This document shows positions 1-9,202 of a stretch of 64,000 nucleotides of DNA, one piece after another (the stretch's first letter is position 1; every line of letters begins with the position of its first letter). A model generated the notes under the pieces. The model made no database searches. It had not been told where the DNA came from and saw only the letters and a program-made list of their open reading frames with translations. The stretch comes from Candidatus Methanoperedenaceae archaeon (GTDB lineage Archaea > Halobacteriota > Methanosarcinia > Methanosarcinales > Methanoperedenaceae): NCBI GenBank assembly GCA_963753595.1, contig CAVWCX010000018.1, forward strand, positions 32,001-96,000. The letters are read 5' to 3'. A program made the position numbers and the translations under genes.

Positions 1-96
1 TCCCTTAAATTGTTTCTCACAATCTTTGCACTTATATCTGCGTGGCACTATGCCTTCGGCAATATCGATATTAAAAGCGTCTCCAACTGAACACAT
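1..96 (-). CDS. small CxxC zinc-ribbon protein (5' part; runs off the window start)
   Basis: Own translation MCSVGDAFNIDIAEGIVPRRYKCKDCEKQFKG...; RBS GGAGGTGA at 101-108 (minus strand); not in the ORF track. Confidence 0.75.
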   Translation of the reverse strand, partial: MCSVGDAFNIDIAEGIVPRRYKCKDCEKQFKG

Positions 97-236
97 AATT
101 TCACCTCCGTATTTATTTTTTAACTCTTATAATCTATTCTTTGTTTTCTTTATCTTAACTCGTGATAAAGAACACCTATATGATATATGTAATTTTTCTA
201 ATAGAAAAAAATTAGTAAAAGTACCTAAATGCTATT

Positions 237-1783
237 CATTGGTCATCGGTTAAGCCCACCAGTCATCCCTGAACCGATGTCTACTGACATGGGGATCAAG
301 TGCCTGACTTGAATAGACATTCATAACAGTCAGAATAGTTCTTTCAATCCCATAATACCGAAGTATCAGAGTAAGCTGTTTATCAGCATTTTCGGCAAAA
401 ATCGTACTCCATCGCAATTGTGTAAAACGAGAACCAATATCTTTTGGATTATACTTCCGAACTAACGAATATATTCTCCTGCTTACTAAAAGGGTAAGAA
501 TCGATATCCAGATAAAGGCTTCGATAATTTGTGTGTTCTTTGTATTCACAACATCAAGAGCGTATCTGCTTTTCAGTTCTTTAAAGATCAGTTCAATATC
601 CCATCTTGCTCCATAGAGTTTCGCAACATCCTCAGCCTCCAAAACATCTTTTGCAATATTAGTAAGATAGACATGATACTTTTCTTCATCTTCATTAAAA
701 ACCGCTACCAATCGGAACTGTTCAGTATCCATTCTTGTCTTACTTTTCCCATTATAATTCGGTTTCTTGAATGAGACCTCAACTTCAACATCGAGTACTT
801 GTCTTTTTAACTTGGGGAGAATTTCACTGATATATTTCCCTTTCACATCAATACTATTCCCCCGACACGTATTATGCACATCAACAATAAGAGGATCCGC
901 ACTTCCTTTCAATCTGGACACGAAGTAACCGCCATTCTCCTTGATTTTAGCAAAGAGTAGATGTTTGTAGAAACCAAGATCGATAAGAAGAATTCTATCT
1001 TTTATCCATGGACCTATTCGCAGAGTCTTCAATTCATTTGTACTTTCAGGATGAATAGTGATGCTTTTTGGGCTGTTTGCCACGGCACTTACCAACAAAC
1101 TCACTTTAACGCCAGCTGCTACCGTTCTGGAACGTGCTGCCGGGAATTTTTTAGCAAGAGACTTATGCAATCTGATAATTGTGCTGTCCTGTATCATTAC
1201 ATCCTGGAATTTAGCTATTTTTTCATTGAGAACTTTGGTTTGTTCCTTAGCAAGCTGTTCAATTCCATGAGTTACACATAGCCTCAGGAATGCAACAAGT
1301 TCAGGTGTGAATCTTTCATACCAGCTGCTGTCGCTCAGTTTTTTATTGGAAAACGTTTCATAATTCCGTTTGACAAAGGCTAGATTTCTTGCAAGGCGAA
1401 CACCATAACTATTGACAAGAACCCAAAACATTTCTACGGCTGTCACTTTTCTCTCTCTTTCTATGAGGCCGGTTTCTTTTGCTGCTTGTTTCAGCCATTC
1501 TGGAGGGAATAGTGTGTAGAGGTCTTTTTCAATTATATCGGGGTCATAAGATGGGATTTTTGTGTTTGGTTCTTTGGGCTTTTTCATGCTACTGATCCTC
1601 TTTCTAATTTTAATACAGTAAAATTAGAATTTTTAAGTAATATATGCATGCTAAGACGATAAATGCTTCGCTATATAACGATTATTTCAACTGGAAACCC
1701 AAAGCTATTGACTAAAAACGAGTAATTCTGCAATCTTTTTTGAGATAATTCATTGAGCAGAATTCCTTAACCGATGACCAATG
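237..1783 (-). mobile_element. IS4-family insertion sequence (ISH8-like), intact
   Basis: Perfect 18-bp TIRs CATTGGTCATCGGTTAAG (237-254) and CTTAACCGATGACCAATG (1766-1783); 10-bp direct repeats AAATGCTATT at 227-236 and 1784-1793; encloses a transposase. Confidence 0.95.
250..1587 (-). CDS. IS4-family DDE transposase
   Basis: QDST, IDLGF and YGARWDIELIFKELKS (YREK) motifs; stop codon lies inside the TIR. Confidence 0.93.
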   Translation of the reverse strand: MKKPKEPNTKIPSYDPDIIEKDLYTLFPPEWLKQAAKETGLIERERKVTAVEMFWVLVNSYGVRLARNLAFVKRNYETFSNKKLSDSSWYERFTPELVAFLRLCVTHGIEQLAKEQTKVLNEKIAKFQDVMIQDSTIIRLHKSLAKKFPAARSRTVAAGVKVSLLVSAVANSPKSITIHPESTNELKTLRIGPWIKDRILLIDLGFYKHLLFAKIKENGGYFVSRLKGSADPLIVDVHNTCRGNSIDVKGKYISEILPKLKRQVLDVEVEVSFKKPNYNGKSKTRMDTEQFRLVAVFNEDEEKYHVYLTNIAKDVLEAEDVAKLYGARWDIELIFKELKSRYALDVVNTKNTQIIEAFIWISILTLLVSRRIYSLVRKYNPKDIGSRFTQLRWSTIFAENADKQLTLILRYYGIERTILTVMNVYSSQALDPHVSRHRFRDDWWA

Positions 1784-1847
1784 AAATGCTATTATCCCGA
1801 TTATCTCTTGCTCCATGAAAATGGAATTCTTTCACCTTGCCTTTAAA

Positions 1848-2126
1848 TTATTTCTCACAATCTTTGCAATTATATTTTCGTGGTTCTATGGTTTCGACAA
1901 TATCGATATCACCAGAAGTATCACCAGAAATATAAACAGAAATAGCATCAAAAATGGCATCAAAAGTATTATCAAAAGTGGCATCGAAAGTATCATCGAA
2001 ATTATCAACAAAACAATCAACAAAATTATCAAAAAAACTATCCTCAAAAATATCACCTGAATTATCACATAAAATATCACCAAAAGTGGTACCAAATCCG
2101 AGAGTATGTTGTGGTAAAGTACCACA
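1848..2126 (-). pseudogene. degenerate Zn-ribbon paralog with acidic tetrapeptide-repeat N-terminus
   Basis: Open frame CGTLPQHTLGFGT(TFGD..TSGD)x15 IDIVETIEPRKYNCKDCEK*FKG, colinear with the gene at 1-96; TAA replaces CAA; no in-frame ATG. Confidence 0.6.
1908..2087. repeat. 15 imperfect tandem 12-bp repeats (consensus about ATCAnCAAAAnT)
   Basis: Units such as atcaccagaagt, ggcatcaaaagt, atcaacaaaatt, atcaccaaaagt in exact 12-bp register. Confidence 0.85.
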
Positions 2127-2233
2127 TCAACTATAATAAAGTATGTTGTGGTTGAATTACCAAACCAACTTCATCATGAAAATGGAAATCTGCTTAAAAA
2201 TATTAAAATAGTCTTAGAGCTTATGTCTATATT

Positions 2234-2302
2234 TTATCCTTTTCTGTATTCCTGCAAAGAAAGATACTCCTCTTCAGTTAGAATTGAGTCAATGTCTACC
2301 AT
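2234..2302 (-). pseudogene. antitoxin-like fragment
   Basis: MVDIDSILTEEEYLSLQEYRKG*, resembling the C-terminal part of small archaeal antitoxins; truncated. Confidence 0.35.
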
Positions 2303-2496
2303 AGGGCATCTATATCATCGATTTTCATATAACCGCCTTTGCGCCGTATTTTATCCAATTCTCTATACAAAATCTGGCATTTTGCTGCTTCAATCAGCCT
2401 TCTTAACAGCGCATCATATGATTTATCCTTCATAACAGGCATTTTAAGGGCATCTTTTGTTTCTTTCATAATAGGAATCGTTGTGAGAGTTATCAT
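2296..2496 (-). CDS. small RHH-like antitoxin-type protein
   Basis: TTIPIMKETKDALK...SYDALLRRLIE pattern typical of archaeal RHH antitoxins; no toxin partner seen. Confidence 0.5.
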   Translation of the reverse strand: MITLTTIPIMKETKDALKMPVMKDKSYDALLRRLIEAAKCQILYRELDKIRRKGGYMKIDDIDALW

Positions 2497-2523
2497 AAAA
2501 AAAAGAAAAAAAATCAATTTAAA

Positions 2524-2586
2524 CTATTTCTTCTTGGGCGCAGGCTTAGGGGTATCCTTGGGTTTCTTTTTCTCCTTATTTGACAT
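2524..2586 (-). CDS. putative 20-aa Lys/Pro-rich micropeptide
   Basis: MSNKEKKKPKDTPKPAPKKK*, with GGAGG upstream. Confidence 0.35.
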   Translation of the reverse strand: MSNKEKKKPKDTPKPAPKKK

Positions 2587-2719
2587 GAACTTGTTCGCCT
2601 CCTGACATTTTAACGTCATGAATAATATGTTTTTTAGGATATTAACTTATCTGTAATGCTTTTTCAAATCTGGTAAAAACCGGTTATTTTCACACCACTT
2701 GGCGTAATAATTCCATTTC

Positions 2720-3217
2720 TCACTTCATCCTGAACTTCTCAAACCTTTCCTTCTTCGCCCTGCAAATAGGACATAGATCCGGCGCCTCCTCCCTTGCGCA
2801 CAGATAACCGCAAACCTGGCACCTGTAAACCTCAACCATTTTTCCACCTCCTGCTCCTTTCTGTTCTTTAATACCTGGATAACCTTTCACATAATATTCC
2901 TGGGGACGCCGCTCCGGGACAACACCATGCGGCTTTCTCCCTGCGATCCATTCATCATTCGCATACAGCGTACACAGGCAGCTTCCATATTCTGCGATAT
3001 CGGCATCACGATAATTGCACGGGCATATGATATCCATATCATCTGCAAGCGATCCGCCTGCAAGACGGCAGGGGCACGATGGATAACCATAGCGATGCTC
3101 ATTGTCCCACATCCCCTGGAGAATGTCCTGGAGTTCCAGCTTATTCGGATTGAACTTGTAGCCCTCTTCCCGGGCTATCTTTTTCATCTCATCGAACATT
3201 TCTTCGATCGTTCTCAT
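2720..3217 (-). CDS. ferredoxin:disulfide (thioredoxin/glutaredoxin) reductase, FTR catalytic domain plus rubredoxin
   Basis: CPC..CPC..CLC FTR motifs; C-terminal CxxC...CPxC rubredoxin domain. Confidence 0.9.
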   Translation of the reverse strand: MRTIEEMFDEMKKIAREEGYKFNPNKLELQDILQGMWDNEHRYGYPSCPCRLAGGSLADDMDIICPCNYRDADIAEYGSCLCTLYANDEWIAGRKPHGVVPERRPQEYYVKGYPGIKEQKGAGGGKMVEVYRCQVCGYLCAREEAPDLCPICRAKKERFEKFRMK

Positions 3218-3471
3218 AAACCAAGCGCCTCTCTTACTTTATCTTCATAGAAACCAACAATGACCTTTTTTCCTATTACTATGGTGGGAAATCTCATATC
3301 ACCACTAATTTTTGACATTTCCGTAAGGGTTTGCCTTCTTTCCTCACCGTCTAATTTATCCACATCTGTATAATCAAATTCAATCCCGTTCTCCCTGAAG
3401 AACTTTTTTGTAGCAGTGCAATGAACGCAAGTGCTCAAAGTATAAAGCCTGGGTCTAATGGTTTTTGTCAT
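3214..3471 (-). CDS. glutaredoxin / methanoredoxin-like
   Basis: LYTLSTCVHC, FPTIVIG; adjacent to FDR. Confidence 0.88.
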   Translation of the reverse strand: MTKTIRPRLYTLSTCVHCTATKKFFRENGIEFDYTDVDKLDGEERRQTLTEMSKISGDMRFPTIVIGKKVIVGFYEDKVREALGL

Positions 3472-4430
3472 GGTCCGTGCATCTCCCTGTGTTCTTCTGT
3501 AACTGCATGATGTTCCTCAACTGGTTCTAATTCACAAACTTCCGGCGCTCCTTTTTCTTTATAATGAAGGTTCCATTTCCTGCAAACCCAATTCTGGAGA
3601 ATATTTATATCCTCATCGCTCATGTGCCTGAAACGGCCCTGCATCATCAGGTAATCCCTTACAGATTTCATTTTTCCGGGCTTGTATGTGATCTTTTTCT
3701 CACCCGCCACTACTTCATAAAGTGTCCACATCCCGCTTTCAACAGCCCTTTTTGTGACCTCTACGGTCCTGGCAGGATCCATCTTCCAGCCCGGGATGCA
3801 TGGAGTGAACATATGAAGGAAACGGAATCCCTTGATATTTTTTGCCTTCTCGACTTTCCTTATGAAATCAAGAGGATGCCCGATAGAAAGTGTGGCATAA
3901 TATGGAATTTCATGGGCTGCAACGATCTCCCCGAGATTTTTCTTAAACCGCCTGTTTCCCTGGATCTCCTTTCCAACCGGCGTTGTGGTAGTCCAGGCGC
4001 CAAATGGTGTCCCGCCGCTGCGTTGTATTCCTGTATTCATGTAAGCCTCATTATCAAGGCAGATATAAAGAACATCATCGTTACGTTCAGCCGCGCCCGA
4101 CATGCTTTGCAAACCGATGTCATAAGTCCCGCCATCCCCGGCAAAACCAACAACAGTGACTTTTTTTCCTTTCTTTTCAAAAGCAGCCTGCATTCCAGCC
4201 AGGCAGGCTCCGGTATTCTCAAAAGCCGTATGGAAGAACGGCACTTTCCATGCGCCATAAGGAAATGTTGTACCAAACACCACGGCGCAGCTTGCAGGAA
4301 CATAAACAACGGTGTCTTTTCCAAGCACACGTATCGCATTTCGTATAGACATGGCAACACCGCATCCAGGGCAGGCAGTATGCCCTGCTGTGAAAAGATT
4401 AACATCCGGGAGATCCTTTATTGTGATCAT
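3468..4430 (-). CDS. porB: 2-oxoacid (pyruvate):ferredoxin oxidoreductase beta subunit
   Basis: GHTACPGCG; GDGG...DNEAYMNTG TPP-binding motif. Confidence 0.88.
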   Translation of the reverse strand: MITIKDLPDVNLFTAGHTACPGCGVAMSIRNAIRVLGKDTVVYVPASCAVVFGTTFPYGAWKVPFFHTAFENTGACLAGMQAAFEKKGKKVTVVGFAGDGGTYDIGLQSMSGAAERNDDVLYICLDNEAYMNTGIQRSGGTPFGAWTTTTPVGKEIQGNRRFKKNLGEIVAAHEIPYYATLSIGHPLDFIRKVEKAKNIKGFRFLHMFTPCIPGWKMDPARTVEVTKRAVESGMWTLYEVVAGEKKITYKPGKMKSVRDYLMMQGRFRHMSDEDINILQNWVCRKWNLHYKEKGAPEVCELEPVEEHHAVTEEHREMHGP

Positions 4431-5599
4431 ACAGTTTCACCCCGCGTATTATGCCAGTTGACATCATTCACTTTTACTCCTTTTGCAGCTTTTCGCGTTA
4501 ACTCGAACATCTTCATTATCTGCTCTTTTGTCACATCACGACCCCCAAGGCCTGCAAGGTGGTCAATGACAGGAATGTTCATCCCATACAGGGCCGATCG
4601 AACTTCATTATACACAGGCCCTCCGCCATGATATGATATTGAGCGGTCAAAAACACCAAGAGCACTTATGTTTGATACCGCTTTTTTTAATTCATCGGCC
4701 GGGAATGGCCTGAAAAACCGCAATTTAATAATACCCGCTTTTTCACCTTTTTCTCTCAGTTCATCGACAACCTCACGAGATGTACTTGTGACAGTTCCCA
4801 TAGTGATCAAAGCGATATCGGCATCATCCATCCGATAAGTATCAACCATGCCTCCATAATCCCGTCCGAATTTTTTTGCGAATTCGCTGTTTATTTCCTG
4901 GATGACTTCTTTTGCGGATTCAACTGCTCCCGCTGTTTGTCTTCGTAATTCCATAATATATTCAGCAGGCATGAAAGTCCCGATCATCGCGGGTCTATCC
5001 GGGTCAAGAATAATATCGGGTTCATACGGGGGAAGGAATGAATCAATTTCTTCCTGCTGCGGGACATCGACAGGTTCAACAGTATGCGTAAGCACAAAAC
5101 CATCAAGACAGGGCATCACGGGAAGAAGAACGCGTTTATCCTCGGCGATCCTGAAAGATTGTATTACCATGTCAAGAGCTTCCTGGTTATCTTCAACATA
5201 AAGCTGCAGCCATCCTGAATCCCGCGCGCCCATGGAATCATTATACTCGCACCATATCCCCGGAGGGCCTCCAAGGGTCCTGCTTGCGTTTGCCATCACG
5301 ACCGGAAGGCGAAGCGGCGCTGTTGCATAGAGCATCTCATGCATGAAAGCAAGCCCCTGTGAAGATGTCGCGGTAAAAACCCTTGCACCCGCAGCAGATG
5401 CAGCCGCTGCTGCGCTCATCACACTGTGCTCGGATTCCATTGTAAGGAACTTTGCATCAAGTTCCCCGTCATTTACAAAATCTGCGATATGCTCTATAAT
5501 AAGGGTTTGCGGCGTTATCGGGAAAGCCGGTACCACCTCCACGCGGCAAAGTTTTGCACCTACTGCAACTGCATGATCGCCTGTTATTACTTTCTTCAT
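4427..5599 (-). CDS. porA: 2-oxoacid:ferredoxin oxidoreductase alpha subunit
   Basis: FPITPQT, ESEHS, TATSSQG motifs; ATG at 5599 overlaps the upstream stop. Confidence 0.88.
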   Translation of the reverse strand: MKKVITGDHAVAVGAKLCRVEVVPAFPITPQTLIIEHIADFVNDGELDAKFLTMESEHSVMSAAAAASAAGARVFTATSSQGLAFMHEMLYATAPLRLPVVMANASRTLGGPPGIWCEYNDSMGARDSGWLQLYVEDNQEALDMVIQSFRIAEDKRVLLPVMPCLDGFVLTHTVEPVDVPQQEEIDSFLPPYEPDIILDPDRPAMIGTFMPAEYIMELRRQTAGAVESAKEVIQEINSEFAKKFGRDYGGMVDTYRMDDADIALITMGTVTSTSREVVDELREKGEKAGIIKLRFFRPFPADELKKAVSNISALGVFDRSISYHGGGPVYNEVRSALYGMNIPVIDHLAGLGGRDVTKEQIMKMFELTRKAAKGVKVNDVNWHNTRGETV

Positions 5600-6495
5600 A
5601 CCCGTGCCCTCACCATTTTTATGGCATCCACCGGGCATTCATTGGCGCATACGCCGCATCCTTTGCAATAATCATAATTAGTCATCAGGTCTCCCCTGTC
5701 AGAGATCCGGTGGATCGTGCCTTCAGGGCAATAAAACCAGCATAAAAGGCACATTGTGCATTTTTCCTTATCCCTTAAAGGCCGGTATGTAGCCCAGCCA
5801 GAGACTTTATTCTCGATAAAACTTCCCGGACCGATAAGACCGGCTTCCGTTTTACCTTCAATAAGAGCTCCACCTATGGGATAATCCTGGTATTCTGGAA
5901 GCCATTGTTTCTTTGCTTCAAGCTTTTTTACACCCCTGCTTTTTCCCATCAATGTCTGTTCATATGAAGTCCTTGCAGCAAGCGCATTTCTCTCACCCAC
6001 CTTTTCCCCAAGTTTTTCACCGAATTTTCTCTTGATGGATTCTTCCAGGGATTCGATCTTAATAATTCCTGTAGCCTTCGCAAATGCCCCAAGAATAGCC
6101 GTATTGGTGATCGGGGCTTTCAGGATTTCAAGCGCTATGGAGGTTGCATTGACAGTCGCCGTGTTGATGATCTTGCCCAGGTCTATGTCTTCCGGTTTTT
6201 CCTTTGAGTTAATAACCGCAATACCTTCCGGTTTTAAACCCGATACAACATCTATTGTGTCAAGCAGCGAATCATCAAGCACGACCACGCAGTCAGGATT
6301 ATACACCTGGGTTTTGCTATAAATTTTTTTGGAATCTATCCGCGTAAAAGCAAGAACCGGAGCGCCACGCCGTTCAGCCCCAAAAAAAGGAAAAGCTACG
6401 GCATAATTTCCTTCAGTTACCGCAGCCTCGGCAAGGGTCTGGGCAGCCATGACCGCTCCCTGCCCGCCACGCCCATGAAACCTGACTTCGTACAT
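5596..6495 (-). CDS. 2-oxoacid:ferredoxin oxidoreductase gamma-delta fusion
   Basis: [11 protein letters not shown] and FGAERRGAP (gamma); C-terminal 2x[4Fe-4S] domain (delta). Confidence 0.88.
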   Translation of the reverse strand: MYEVRFHGRGGQGAVMAAQTLAEAAVTEGNYAVAFPFFGAERRGAPVLAFTRIDSKKIYSKTQVYNPDCVVVLDDSLLDTIDVVSGLKPEGIAVINSKEKPEDIDLGKIINTATVNATSIALEILKAPITNTAILGAFAKATGIIKIESLEESIKRKFGEKLGEKVGERNALAARTSYEQTLMGKSRGVKKLEAKKQWLPEYQDYPIGGALIEGKTEAGLIGPGSFIENKVSGWATYRPLRDKEKCTMCLLCWFYCPEGTIHRISDRGDLMTNYDYCKGCGVCANECPVDAIKMVRARV

Positions 6496-6500
6496 GCCTT

Positions 6501-6722
6501 TTATTCACACGAGCCTGGCAGAAGTATATTCCCACAATCACTGCATACGAATCTCGGAAGACCTTTTTTCAGCATTTTCACAGGCGCCGGATATCCCCCT
6601 TCCCAGATCGGAAGGTCAATCCTGTGTGCATGCCCCATACATAGCCCTTTGCCGCACATTATGCAGATAGATACGGATTCTTCCACAGTTCCACTTTCTG
6701 CGCATTGATAACATCTCAACAT
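6501..6722 (-). CDS. DUF2180-family Cys-rich small protein
   Basis: CYQC...[12 protein letters not shown]...CSDC. Confidence 0.75.
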   Translation of the reverse strand: MLRCYQCAESGTVEESVSICIMCGKGLCMGHAHRIDLPIWEGGYPAPVKMLKKGLPRFVCSDCGNILLPGSCE

Positions 6723-6727
6723 AAAGA

Positions 6728-6940
6728 TCACCAGTTCTCCTTAAGTGCTTCATGACAGGGCGGGCACATTATTCGTTTCATGTTCTCTACATCTTTTTCA
6801 AGCCTTACCGGATAGTCACCTTTCCAGACAGGCGTTTGTTCATAGATCGCATGATCCATGCAAACACCCATCCCGCATACGATACAGACTGCAACTGCGT
6901 CAGTATCTTTTCCCATTTTGGCGCAAACATAACATTTCAT
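6728..6940 (-). CDS. DUF2180-family Cys-rich small protein
   Basis: MKCYVC...AVAVCIVCGMGVCMDH...CPPC. Confidence 0.8.
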   Translation of the reverse strand: MKCYVCAKMGKDTDAVAVCIVCGMGVCMDHAIYEQTPVWKGDYPVRLEKDVENMKRIMCPPCHEALKENW

Positions 6941-6946
6941 ACAAGT

Positions 6947-7630
6947 TCACTCTCCTTCACCTGCCATCAGTCCTTCTTTTATCAACAGATCGCTCCTTAC
7001 CGAGTGGGTTGATTCTATTTTTTTGCCCAGTATCTGCCGGATCTCTTTTGCCAGTTCATTGAGCTTTATTCGTGAACAGGTCTCACCTCGCGTTATCCCG
7101 CTGACGATCGTGACCACAGTGCCTTCTGTTTCCGGAATTTTGGGTTTTACAAGTTTTGTTTTAATACCTGCTTTTGCGAAATCCTCAAAATCTATCGGAT
7201 ATTCACAGGCAATTACCGCCGGGATATTTATATATTTCAGGATTTTCTTTGTCTTTGAGATTATATGGGAATTCACATTTCCCATATTGAGCAATACGAT
7301 CTTGTGCCTTGCTATCTGTTCGATCTCTTTAGCGGTCAAACCGAAATTTGCCCCATATCCTTTTGAAACATTTGAAGATCCGGTTTCATCCATGGGAACA
7401 CCTGCACCTGACTCAAGCACAAGAACGCTAACCTGTATGCTTTCTCTCCTGAGTCCCTGAGTTATTTCACATACCGGTTTTGTGATATGCCTGCGGCCAG
7501 GAGACATGGCAATAGCTACTACATCCGGCCTTGCGGCTTCAGACAGGGTGCCTCTCTGGGCAAGACCGCCGCCCCGCCCAAGGCCCATTGTTTCCCTGCA
7601 ATCTACTAATTGTGTTTCTCTTCCGAACAT
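6947..7630 (-). CDS. mcrC: methyl-coenzyme M reductase operon protein C (stand-alone)
   Basis: GRETQLVDCRETMGLGRGGGLAQRGTLSE, MSPGRRHITKPVCEIT, G-TRGETC. Confidence 0.9.
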   Translation of the reverse strand: MFGRETQLVDCRETMGLGRGGGLAQRGTLSEAARPDVVAIAMSPGRRHITKPVCEITQGLRRESIQVSVLVLESGAGVPMDETGSSNVSKGYGANFGLTAKEIEQIARHKIVLLNMGNVNSHIISKTKKILKYINIPAVIACEYPIDFEDFAKAGIKTKLVKPKIPETEGTVVTIVSGITRGETCSRIKLNELAKEIRQILGKKIESTHSVRSDLLIKEGLMAGEGE

Positions 7631-7631
7631 A

Positions 7632-8051
7632 TTATTTTTTTATTGAAAGTGTTGTTTCCCAGGTATCTGCATGACCTTCTTCGTCTGAAAGGATCTCCTC
7701 AAGCATGAGCCTTGTTACCGGGTCATTTTCTTCGATAGCAAGTTTGATGTGCTCTTTATATTGCTTTATCGCGGAATTTTCCTTAGCAAGATCATCCGTT
7801 ATCATTTTCTTCAGGTCCCCGCCCTCTACAATTGGCTCTGGCTTCTTTGTCGGGGTCCCGCCAAGATAGACGATTCGCTCACCGAGCTTCTCTGCATGTC
7901 CCATTTCATCCTTTGCAGTTGATTTGAATATCTCAAGTATAGCCGGGCTTTCCATTCCCTCTCCCTCGTAATGATGTTTCATATATTGTATGATCGCACT
8001 CAATTCTCCTTCCCTGTCCTTGTTCAATGCATCAATTATTTTCTGGCTCAT
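7632..8051 (-). CDS. bacterioferritin / ferritin-like di-iron protein
   Basis: E..AIIQYMKH, DEMGHA, DEEGHA di-iron motifs. Confidence 0.88.
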   Translation of the reverse strand: MSQKIIDALNKDREGELSAIIQYMKHHYEGEGMESPAILEIFKSTAKDEMGHAEKLGERIVYLGGTPTKKPEPIVEGGDLKKMITDDLAKENSAIKQYKEHIKLAIEENDPVTRLMLEEILSDEEGHADTWETTLSIKK

Positions 8052-8118
8052 TTTATCCTCCTGTTTAACTGAAATCTCATTGATATATCAATGACTATAA
8101 ATTTAGCTAATATTTTAT

Positions 8119-8520
8119 TTAGTGTCTTCTTCTTCCGCCCATGCAGCCGTGGCCATGTCCATGTTCTTCTTCTTTGCCTTCCATAATTTTCAAAGCTCTC
8201 TTGCATGTGGCTACACCTGGGGCGCCTGAGGTAATGAAAACCACATTCATTGTTTCCAATATTTCTTCCCTGGTCGCACCATGGTTGAGTGCACTCCTCA
8301 TCTGTGATTCGCAGCATGGTTCACATCTTTGCGCTGCCATGACAGCAAGCGACATCAATACTTTCACCTTTGCAGAAAGGGCCCCATCCTCCTGGATGTG
8401 TTCATCGCATTTCTTATAATGTTCAAACATTTCGGGATTTATTTCACCCATCATGTTCATTATTTCGGGAGTAAATCCCATTTTACCTTCTATGCTATCT
8501 ATTACTTTCTTAGGTTCCAT
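8119..8520 (-). CDS. carboxymuconolactone decarboxylase / AhpD-like protein
   Basis: [30 protein letters not shown]; His-rich tail. Confidence 0.85.
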   Translation of the reverse strand: MEPKKVIDSIEGKMGFTPEIMNMMGEINPEMFEHYKKCDEHIQEDGALSAKVKVLMSLAVMAAQRCEPCCESQMRSALNHGATREEILETMNVVFITSGAPGVATCKRALKIMEGKEEEHGHGHGCMGGRRRH

Positions 8521-8587
8521 ATTTTTCTCCCATAGTATATCTTTGTTCAGAGTTTATTTAATCTTTTGCCTGTAATTTTGAAAGGAC

Positions 8588-8995
8588 CTATTGAAGGTCA
8601 ATAACTTTCTTCAAGCCTTCTTCTGCTTCTATTGCGAATTTGCTTATTTTATCATAACCTGATAAGGAGTTTGCAGTGCTTAATGCAACAGTTGGTTTAT
8701 AGAGTGAGACTTTAGTTTTTCCTTTGTCGGAATAAACTGCTATCTTGCAGGGAATGATCAGACCCGCCAGCTTGTTTATGGAAAGTCCCTGATGTGCAAG
8801 ACCTGGATTGCATACATCCAGAATAATGTAATCATCATATTCAATTCCTAATTTTTCTGCAAGGATCTTTTGCACATCAATGACGCTCAATACGCCCCAT
8901 TTGTTAGTTTTGAGGTCTTCTGTAAGCTTTTCTACTGCGGATTTTACACTAAGTTTTGATTCTTTTGTGTAATCGATCATATCTTCCAACTCCAT
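8588..8995 (-). CDS. DUF302-family protein
   Basis: ILDVCNP...GLIIPCKIAVY. Confidence 0.85.
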   Translation of the reverse strand: MELEDMIDYTKESKLSVKSAVEKLTEDLKTNKWGVLSVIDVQKILAEKLGIEYDDYIILDVCNPGLAHQGLSINKLAGLIIPCKIAVYSDKGKTKVSLYKPTVALSTANSLSGYDKISKFAIEAEEGLKKVIDLQ

Positions 8996-9202
8996 CCTCT
9001 TAATTTGTCTTCCAAGTGTAATAAAAGGTTGGATTGGAAGGGAGCGGGCTGTATGGCAGGAATTTATTTAGGACAAAACAAAAGGCAATAGAGGATGATT
9101 ATGATAACTATTATATTAATTTTTTAAATGGATGAATATTTAAACTTTAATATCTTTTTTAATATTGTTGGATTAAAAACAATTAGTATATCTTGAGGAT
9201 AG

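Noticed and set aside
1908-2087. 12-bp repeats as a CRISPR array
   Set aside because: Units are contiguous, degenerate and have no spacers
2127-2129. In-frame TGA as selenocysteine
   Set aside because: No start codon before the next upstream in-frame stop, no SECIS seen, and the ORF has another premature stop
3564-4631. 355-aa plus-strand ORF
   Set aside because: Antisense shadow of porB/porA with no motifs; the same applies to most short overlapping ORFs in the track
8048-8317. 89-aa alternative-frame ORF
   Set aside because: Overlaps the well-supported CMD gene and has no recognisable features
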